Source: the human T2T-CHM13v2.0 reference genome, Homo sapiens. From it: a stretch of DNA of 64,000 bases. The stretch is from NCBI RefSeq assembly GCF_009914755.1, contig NC_060925.1; one strand, given 5' to 3'. Positions within the stretch are counted from its first letter, which is position 1; each line of letters starts with the position of its first letter. The notes under the pieces are model-generated. The model was not told the DNA's origin, made no database searches, and was given only the letters and a program-made list of their open reading frames with translations. This document shows, piece after piece, positions 54,204-64,000 of the stretch. The position numbers and the translations under genes are program-made.

Positions 54204-57200
54204 GTAGTATTGCCAGCAGTGAGTGAGAGAGTAATGTATATATAAACCTCAAATATCTATTACGGTTACTGGTCATTGTCAGTGCCCACTACAAGGAGAG
54301 AAGGAGGCATATTCCCTTTCTAATTGGTGGGTGGAGTGAAATGTGGAAGCACGTGGTGGACCAGTAATTATAGTAATATTAATAATGTGGGTAGAGACAA
54401 AAAGAGGCCCTACAATTACTAATCAGTGAGCTGTCAGGAAATGCAATGCTACAGATTATTGCAGTGGAAGAATATGGGTTTTCTTAGTAGATGGAGTAAA
54501 GTCTTATCAGAATACAAGAACCCCAGTCTAACTGAGAAACTAGATGCTGCAGCAGTAATGATCCACCCAGGAGAGAGGAGACAAAAAAGCGGGTTGGGAG
54601 GGTGGAGAGTCATTCTTAACTGTGTAGGAAGGAGAAAAGATTGTTGTGTTAGTGATATATTACATTCTGAAGCTATTTCACTTTGCAGAGAAATGATACA
54701 TTTAAAAACTGTGTGGTTAAAGGAGCGCAATTCTGCATAGGGGGGTCCATAAGTGAAAAAATATCAGGCATGCATATTGATTTATTCTGTATGGTACATA
54801 GGGATTTGTGAAGTTCAAGGACAGTTGTTTAAACTGGAGAATTAAGTAGTGGGCAACGTAACATTTTTTATGGTGTGCTGAGTGGGATGGGAAGTCCCTA
54901 TGAACCAAGAACAGAAACTCCTTGAAATAGGTAGCAATAACAGAAGATTACCAAAAATATAACATCGATGAAAATCAAAGAGACTTCAGAAGGATGCAAC
55001 CTATATATGGATAGGATTAGAGATTAGGGATTACCTTTCTTGAGTGTTCTCCAGAAGTGACGATTAAAGCCAGCAGGGAGGCAGTGATTTAAAATCAATA
55101 TTGACCTATGAAAACAGTTTGCTTAGTAGAATTCTTGATCTATTGAAGTTTACTAACATTTGTACAGATTGTAAATTGTATTAATAATGCCCTGCTAAAA
55201 CTTACTGATGAGTTTTACCCTGGAACAATCATGTACTTAGAGTAGACATGCACTGCTTGGAAAATTTTAATCTGTTTTTAAAAAAATCAAAATTCTATTA
55301 CCTAAGGTTGAATCAAATTATTTGTCTAATGTCTTCATTCTATTTAATTTAGTGAAAGTGAGAAAAAGTGATACTGTCTAGTAGTAAGTATTTATAAAAT
55401 AAAGTACTTTGAAAGTGTAATTGTATACCAATTTGGATAAAAAATACAAGGAAAATTGTATGTCGCATGTGCCTTAAAAGTGCTTACATTTGAGAGGAAA
55501 ATTTTTTGAATTATGTTGCAGTCCTTTAAAATAATAGCTGATCATTATTAATTTCCTCAGGTGTTTATTGTCACAATATTAATCATGGTGAACTCATTTG
55601 CTATTAATGTGCATGTCATAACTAGTTCTTTGGGATTACAACAGTGAGCTCGGCAGTGATTAATTGCACAATTATTTTAAAGAGTTACCAATTTTCTTAA
55701 TGTCTCCTACCTGACAAAAGAGTTTGAGTTGCATTTTTGCAGATATAGAGTATAACAGGTACATTTGTCTTCTATCCATGGAGTCAAAATTAATCCTTGT
55801 GCTTAAATCTCATGGGGCTACTTGAGCTCATTTGTTGCTATTTTCACTCATAATATCAATATCCCAACCTGATTAAAATACCATCTTTTAAAGATTAATC
55901 ATCTAATACAGGTGACTGTGGTTTAAATATGGATGGGAGTTGGGACATAAGGAAATACATCATTAAATAAATCCAACCTAAAATTTAGTTCTTAAAAAGT
56001 GGGTGCAAGCTGAGAAGCAATGAGGATGGTGACTGAACTGAAACAGAAAAGAAAAAGTTACCCGCCTGAAATAGATTCTCTCTCAGTATTCACAAAATCT
56101 TTATAATGTTTGACTCTCAGAGGGCATGAAGTGGATAATTTGATACAATCTTCTCTAAATTACAAGAACATAAGAGAATGTACATAACAGGTTTGCTTAT
56201 GAAACTTCAGTGCCACAAGCAACTTAAAATATTTAACTTATATGAGACATAAATATATTCAAAATTGTTATTTTAAAGTAACATAAACTTATTTTCTCAG
56301 TGATCATGTTATGTTTTTTCTGGTTATTTTCTGTTCTACTAGTATATTTTTTCTAAACATTGTAAAATTATTTCAGCAATTTTTAATTCCAAAAAAGAAT
56401 AAGTAAAATATAGTGTGTATGTAAATGTACTTTATATCTCTTCCTTAGGCTTTTATCTTTCCTCTCCCACTAACCCTAACCCAAGCAATTACACACATGA
56501 AGAAACAACCTATTACACACAGGAGGACGCTGTTTCTCCATACTTAAGTAGTATTCCTCAATTCCTGGTTATCTAATATCCAAACTAAACTTTACAATAT
56601 ATTCCGATTCTTCAAGGATGACAGCCCCTGAATTAAAAATTTGATTTTGTGTTGCTTTACATTATATTAGAGGAAATTTTAATCAACCATCATATAAGTT
56701 ATGGAATGTTAGATAAATTTTGGTCAATAGAAAACCAACATTATTTCAGTACATCATGTCAGTAGAACATTTAAATCTAATATATAGCAGCATATTATAT
56801 ATATATAGCCTTTTTTATTAATATTTCCACATTTTATTTTTTTAAACTTTCAAAAATACGCTTAAAATGTACAGTATTCAGGGTATACTTTAAAATAAAT
56901 AAATTTTAAATTAAAGATATGAGAGACAATTTACTAGAAAGAGCATGGGGTTTGAGGGAGAGAGAGAGAGAGAGACGGATACACTTTGCAAGGATTATGA
57001 CATAATAATATAAAATGGGCCCACTTCCACTCCAGTCACATAAAAACAGAGCAAACATGTAACAACTACATCAAACGTAATATCATAGAAAACATATTCA
57101 TGCCTCAAAGAAAGACAAAGAAATCTTTAGGATCTAGAAACACCAAAATATTTCCTCTGTGAAAAGTAATTTAAAACACTCTATCTTACAACTTGGAGGA

Positions 57201-57259
57201 GACACTTTATGGGATGCTTGTCACTTGCTGGATTTCTAGATAGAAGTAAAAAGTCATAC

Positions 57260-57443
57260 CTCCTTTCTACCATGTCTGTCTGAGTCTCCATCTTTCCATG
57301 CCCTATGTCCATGTGTATGCATTATTTAGCTCCCACTTGTAAATGAGAAGGTGTCATATTTGTCTGTCTGTGTCTAAGTGGTTTCATTTAAGATGGTGAC
57401 CTCCAGTTCCATCTATGTTGCTGCAAAAGACATGATTTCACTT
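57260..57443 (-). mobile_element. L1PB-type 3' UTR fragment
   Basis: tttagctcccacttgtaaatgagaa...gttgctgcaaaagacatgatttca. Confidence 0.8.
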
Positions 57444-57535
57444 AAAAATATACATATATGTATACATGGAATTTAAAAATTATCTTCAATTTTTTCATGC
57501 ATTACTAGTTAATTCCACAAATTCATCTCTATGTT

Positions 57536-57845
<310 letters not shown>

Positions 57846-58349
57846 AATCTCTATGTTTTCTGCAGTTGAATCTCTCTTTATAAGCCACCCTCTATAATCT
57901 AAATTTTAAAATCAATCATGAATAGGTAAGAGCAATATAAGTCCTCTTGGGCTTTTTTGTAAAACTTCTTAAATAAAATGTAATCGTTTAAGTTTCATCG
58001 GCAAAATTATTAGGCAGAATATGCTTCACAATGCCGTCCCTTTAAAACCATAGATATTCTCTAAAGAGAGTTGAAGATATGCATTTGGTTACAGTGGTTT
58101 AACATGAAAATTTACCCATTCCCAGCCAAACCACAGAGATGCATACAATATACACTTTTATAATTAAGCTCTAAAGTACACTTATCTTTAGAATGAATTA
58201 TAAGAATGAGAACCTGCAGACAGCCAAGATCACATGTAAAAATAATAAATAAATATATGTTTTTAAGTATGTACAAATAGTACGGAAAAGAATATAAATC
58301 AAGCAATCCAAGAGTGGTTGACGAGATGGCAAAAATATTTATTAACATA

Positions 58350-58570
58350 ATGATGACAGTTCTTAAATTTTATTACATGCTAGGCAACATTCTCAGTGTG
58401 TTAAATTTACTGGTTTATTTAAAACTTACAAGAATCTCATGAGATATTAATATTCCTGCCATTTTAGAGGTGAGTAAACAGGCACCAAGAGATTAGAGGA
58501 CTTGGCCAAGTTCATACAGTGAGTGATACTTACACCCTGGCAGTCTAGAGTGAACCTAGTCAATGACACT
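58350..58570 (-). mobile_element. MIR
   Basis: ccattttagaggtgagtaaacaggcac core. Confidence 0.75.
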
Positions 58571-59289
58571 CCAGAGGGCATGATAAAAAGTGTGACTCTT
58601 ACAAAAAAAAAATGTAGATATTTGTTTTCTCCAATGGTGATCCTTAAAATTGTTATTGCTGGTTTTAGAATCTCTGTCACTATGAGAATAATGAGGCTTA
58701 TCTCAATAATATATTTTAAAGGTGAACTTTTTTCCTGGAATGGTTATTAATGAAGTTGAGAAATTGACATATTAAGCATAAGGCTGGCATAAAACAAAAT
58801 AATTATCTTATGTACAGATGCATTGATGCATTGAAATGTAATCTGCACAAAGAAAAAATATGTCATTTTGAATAGACAGGCTTGTCTATGCTCTTAGTGT
58901 AGAGCCAATTGAAAATTGGCAGGGTTTCTGTTCCCCTTTGTCTTTCACTATTTTCAATTGAATGGAAAAATGTTAATGTTATTTAATTGGGTAAAATTAT
59001 AAGGGAAAAATGTTGCTTCAAATATTTAAAGCAAAATCTATATTTTATATGACTGAGATAGTTAAGCAAAATAATACTAAATTTTTAATAGCTTCAAATG
59101 TACTCTTTAATATTTTATTATCCTCTATGAAAAATATTTATTCTAAAATCATCAAAATTCAAAAAATATATTTAATATATATTTTAATTTTATTTTATAA
59201 GTATTTTTATGTTAATTGTGGCAAGATATATAGTATGTACTGTGTCCTTATTTGTGTAAGATACTATAATTGTGAATACCTTTTTCCAG

Positions 59290-59522
59290 ACCCGTAAAAT
59301 GTACAGCCCCAAGGATAAATCCTAACGTAAACTGTGGGCTTTGGATGATAATGAGATGTCCATGTAAATGTATAGATTATAAACAATGTACCACTCTGGT
59401 GTGAAATGTCGATAGTGGCAAGTGCTATGTATGTGTGAGGGGAGAGCATCTTTGGAATCTCTATGCTTTCTGCCTGATTTTACTGTGAATCTAAATCTGT
59501 TATAAAAAAAATCTACTAAAAA
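59290..59522 (+). mobile_element. L1MC-type 3' end
   Basis: cctaacgtaaactgtgggctttgg...tgtaccactctgg. Confidence 0.8.
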
Positions 59523-59891
59523 TTGTATTGTGCACTAAACCAAACACAATATTTGCTGACTCACCCGCAGATTATGGGTTATGTCCTCTAATTTGAAGGT
59601 ATTCACTTCAAATTTTTTTTTACTTTACAAATATTTGAAATTCATATGTAATTAGAAACATAGAAAATAGCACAGCATGCATTTGTGTTGTTTCAGGATA
59701 GACTGTGATTTCTTGATAAATTTTTGGTGTTTTTGAAGACATGGATATTATCTGTTTGCATTCCTACGACCTAATGTAATGTCTAATGCATAGTAGGCAC
59801 TGGATTAATTATTGTTGACTGAGAGATAAAGTTGTCTGTTTTAAAAAATGTTTTTTGTTAAGGAGTCTGGGAATCATGAACCATATTGACT

Positions 59892-61270
59892 CTTATGGAC
59901 TGGATTATATCTGCCCAAAATTCATATGTTGAGGTGTTAACCCCCAATATGGGAGATAGAGCCTGTAAGGAGGTTATAAACATTAAGTAAGATTGTAGGT
60001 TGAGACCCTAATATAATAGTAATGGTGTCCTTATAGGAAGAGGGAAGAGACACTGGAGCTCTCTCAGTGAGCACAAAGGAGAGGTCAGGTGAGCCCACAG
60101 CGAGAAGTCAATCATCTAGCCAGGAACAGCTTTCACGAGAAAGTGTGTCTGCCAGTACTTGAGTCTGGGACTTTTAGCCTCCAGAACTGTGAGAAAATAT
60201 TTTAGATTATCTAATCCAACCAGCCCATGGTATTTTTGTTATAGCTTCCCGAGCAGAATAATACAAATTTTGGTATTATGAAGTGGGGTGCTGCATAAAA
60301 AATATCTAAAATTGTGGAAGTGGCTGAAACTGTGATGAGTAGAGACTAGAAGAGATTTGAGGTGCATGCTGGAAAAAGCTTAGATTGCCCTGATGAGACT
60401 GTTGGTAGAAACATGGACATTAAATATGATTATGGTGCTGCTTGAGAAAGAGAAGAGATAAGCTGTTTTTAAAAATGTCTCTATTGGCTTTGAAAATGCA
60501 TACACCATCATGAACAGAAATAATGCTACGATTATAAATATTAAAGGCCATTCTGGTGAGATCTCATGTGGAAATGAGATTCAGGTATTAGAAACTGGAG
60601 GAAAAGTGATTCTTGTTATAAAGTGGCAAAGAACTTGGGTGCATTGGTCTGATGTTTTGTGAAAGCTAGAACTTACAAATGATGAAAATTGGATATTTTG
60701 CTGAGGACATTTTTAAGCAAAGTGATGAATGACTGGCTTGGTTTCTCTTTACCACTTACAGTAAAATGCAAGAGAAAAGAGATAAATTAAAATAATAGTT
60801 AAACTAAAAAGAAAAAAGTGAATATTTGGAAAACCCTCAGCCTTTATATATTGTGAAAGATAAGAAGCACGTTATGAAGAGAAAAATAAAGGTGGGGCTG
60901 AAGAGCTATTAGGTGGACAGATCATGGGTGTGACTAATGGATTTAATCAGCCATCTCAGAAAAAGCTAGGAACCAAGACAGAATTATATTGGCAGAGAGA
61001 GAGCCAGGTGAACCAAAGAGGAAAGACAAAGGGGGATGGGATAAAGGAAGTCTTTCAAACTTCCTGGATTCTGCAGGACACGACAGTAAAGGTATTTGGC
61101 TGGAAACATGTATCATTGAAGAAAAGAATGACCAGGAATGCGATTCAGAGGTCGTCAGGGCTGCTCTCCCACCACAGGCAAAGGGAGGAAATCAGGACTG
61201 CCTCCCCTCACTTTCAAGGGTGGGACCATGGTTTTGGGTTTCTTATGCCAGGCTGCTGCTGCACAGAGCC
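59892..61270 (+). mobile_element. MLT1A-type LTR (59892-60265) plus partial internal region
   Basis: LTR end aataca followed by aattttggta...gaagtggggtgctg internal start. Confidence 0.85.
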
Positions 61271-61271
61271 T

Positions 61272-62050
61272 TGATTTTCCATAGTAAGATTATAGTTTGT
61301 CAATGTGTAAATTTTATTTTACTTATTCTGCTTGGGATTTATTGATTCTATCAAACCTTTGCACTGATATTTTATTGATTCTAAAAAATCAAGCATTTCT
61401 CAACTGTTTTCCTTCAAATGTTACTTATGTGTTATTTTCTCAACTTCTCCAGGCATATACCAATTAAATACATGTTAGACTGTCTTGACATATTTCCAAA
61501 GTTTCCTACCCTCTATTCAGTGTTTTCATTTTTAGGCTACTTTCTGTATATTTTCTTAGGACCTTTCTCTTCATTTAAATATAATCTGATATAAATCCCA
61601 CTTAATAATGAAGAAATGAACAATTTCAGTTATTATACTTTTCAGTTATAAAAATTATACTTCATTCATTTACAAGTTTTTATACTATTTTATTCTATTT
61701 TATAAGTAACCAGTTTCCTGATCAGATTTTACTATTTTGGCTTTTTAATCATACTTGCTTAATTATGTAAGCCTGAAGATCTAAAATGTGAAAAATGTTT
61801 GAGAATATTTTTACTATTAGTTACTTTTCTGGATTTTTTTTTGTGTCTTCTCTTTATGTATGTCTTTTTATCTTTATGTGCTGAAAATTATATTTTGTAA
61901 TAATATTTTTACATGTTTTGAGGCCAATGGTAATAATATCATCCTTGAAAGAGCATTTTCATTTACTTTTGCCAGATAGTTACAGGCAGTATGTCTCTGG
62001 GCATCCCTTAATTTGGTTTCAAGACTTAATATTTTTGAATCATACAAATG
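61272..62050 (-). mobile_element. L1ME/HAL1-like fragment
   Basis: T-rich degenerate antisense ORF1 motifs. Confidence 0.5.
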
Positions 62051-63734
62051 AGAATGACTCAGACCTATGGAAATGTGATGGTTGATTTGTTTTTATTTGC
62101 ACTATTAGAAGAATATTAAAATATATAAGCAGATTATATGAGAAACTGAAAATATTGATTTCTCTAAAGTATGAGACTTTTATATGTTTTTAATGCTAAA
62201 CTTTTCCTTAAATTTTGAGACTTCTGTGCTAGTGCTATTATTGTTTAGAATTCATATATTAAAATAATAGATATTCAGAAATATTAACCTTTAAAAATAT
62301 TTTATTTAATGTCAACAATTGTATAAATTTTTGGTTTGAAAATTAGTCTTTACAGAAAAATAAATAGAGCTTGAATAACATTTGAAGATACATGTATTTG
62401 CACTAAAGTATTTTGCATTAATTTATGAAAGAATACTTTGGTGGTACATTTATGATGTAGTATACGCACTGGAATTAAGAAAGATAAATATATTTTGATT
62501 ATAGGTTGACTTCCTTTAACCTTGCCCTTCTCATAAGAATGGGCATCATTAATTTTAAATATGTTCTACACTTACCAGGTAGGTTAGACTTTATCAAATG
62601 TAGTAATTGTGCTAATTTAAGTTGCAAGTAAAAGAAAACCTAGCTTAAATTTGCCAGCCAATAAACATGATTTTATTATTATTAACAAAAGTCAAAGAAT
62701 AGGCTTCAGAACTAGTTTTTTTCAATGTGTTAATAAGATCATAAGGCACATTAAGTTTGTTTCCATTAAGTCACACTAATTTTCTTCTTTTCAGATCAAT
62801 TCCCTTGCAAAGTTATCAAGGTGCTGGCAACAATGCATTAGGTATCCACTTTCTAGTCTACATACAAGGGGAGGAAGGAAAGGTCAGTGAAGGAGGAGAG
62901 CTTGAAGCTCTCTCAAAACGTCAGTACAATCTACTTTCCCATAATCTTCATGCATTTCTTGGTCCAGATTAGTTCATGTTTCTATTTCTGAACATGGGGA
63001 TTGATAATGATGATATTTATAGGGCTGAGCTCCCATTGCACTCTATTATCCAATATAGTGTTATTTCTCACTCTTCTGTAGGAAGAGTATTAGACACCCA
63101 GATGAAAAAAAAAAAGGGGGTAAATCATCCAGTAAATGGGCAATGGATTTGAGAGAGGCATTTTAAATATCTACTAAATTAGAGGTATGATACAAATTGA
63201 AAGTGTTGCAAATCAAAATATTTATGTTTAGTTTAAATTGTATTCAAGAGATGTGTCCTAGGCAAACCATCATTTTTTGATTAAAGTTTTACTAGGTTGC
63301 TGTCATGGGGTGGATAGGAAATATTTGTACATAGGAATAGATTTTGTTCTCAGTTTTCAAAAGAGAAGTGTTTCAGTCTTTTTTTTTGAAATTGTCAAGC
63401 AAATTAACCGTGAATAAAAATAAAAAGAATGCTAATTTTGGCTTTCTCCAAGAAAATCCAAACACAGAACCAACAAAAGCAAGAACACAAAAAAAGGTCC
63501 ACAAAAAAAGATCTGATGTATAGTGTAGTAGGTCTAGAACCATACAAAAATATGCTCTCAGCTTCACTCAGACATTGATCATCTGTTGTGACATTTGGGC
63601 AAAACTTGAAGCTATATATAGATTAAAAGGACATAATCCATTTTATCTGGCTTCAGTTTCATGAGAAAAGCAAAAAGAATTAATTTCTATAATTTCTATA
63701 TACTCCACACAGAATTAATTATTATATAGAGAGA

Positions 63735-64000
63735 TTTATTGATTTATTTGTTTATATTTTAATCTGATTTAATTTTATCACAAATGCATATAACATTAAT
63801 TTAGCCTCTTAGCCATTTTAAGTATACAGTTCAGTAGTTAGTATATTCACATTGTAGTGAATCCAATTTCCATAAGTTTTTTATCTTGCAGAAGTGAAAC
63901 TATATACCCATTGAACAACTCCCCAGTTCCCCCTCCTCCATACCCTGGCAACCATCATTCCACTTTCTGCTTCTATGAATTTGCCTACTTTAGATACTAC
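63735..64000 (-). mobile_element. L1MB-type 3' end, runs off the window
   Basis: taagtatacagttcagtag...ccctggcaaccatcattccactttctg. Confidence 0.88.

Noticed and set aside
54426-54908. Overlapping ~100-aa ORFs in a purine-rich stretch
   Set aside because: No recognisable protein, splice frame or codon bias; probably an old unassigned repeat.
60924-61345. 116/118-aa ORFs
   Set aside because: Mostly within the MLT1A internal region.

Overview
AT-rich primate (human-like) genomic DNA with no intact protein-coding gene, RNA gene or CRISPR array. A large part is interspersed repeat: L1 (including two 5'-inverted copies), Alu, MIR, L2, MaLR/ERVL LTRs (one full MST-type element with both LTRs) and hAT/Tigger DNA transposons. 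Subfamily names come from recalled consensus motifs and are approximate. The main non-repeat signal is a chain of about 20 decayed, splice-site-bounded, largely phase-compatible exon-like segments on the minus strand, from ~47.4 kb (possibly ~52 kb) down to ~18.7 kb. Their conceptual translation repeatedly shows RGS-domain-like motifs of the RGS22/RGSL1 type. I interpret this as an intron-containing fossil gene (candidate unitary pseudogene) that the ORF track misses, with two exons interrupted by LTR insertions. This was inferred by eye and needs a homology search. The window also contains three short (~120-140 bp) direct local duplications 1.1-1.8 kb apart and several slippage duplications.
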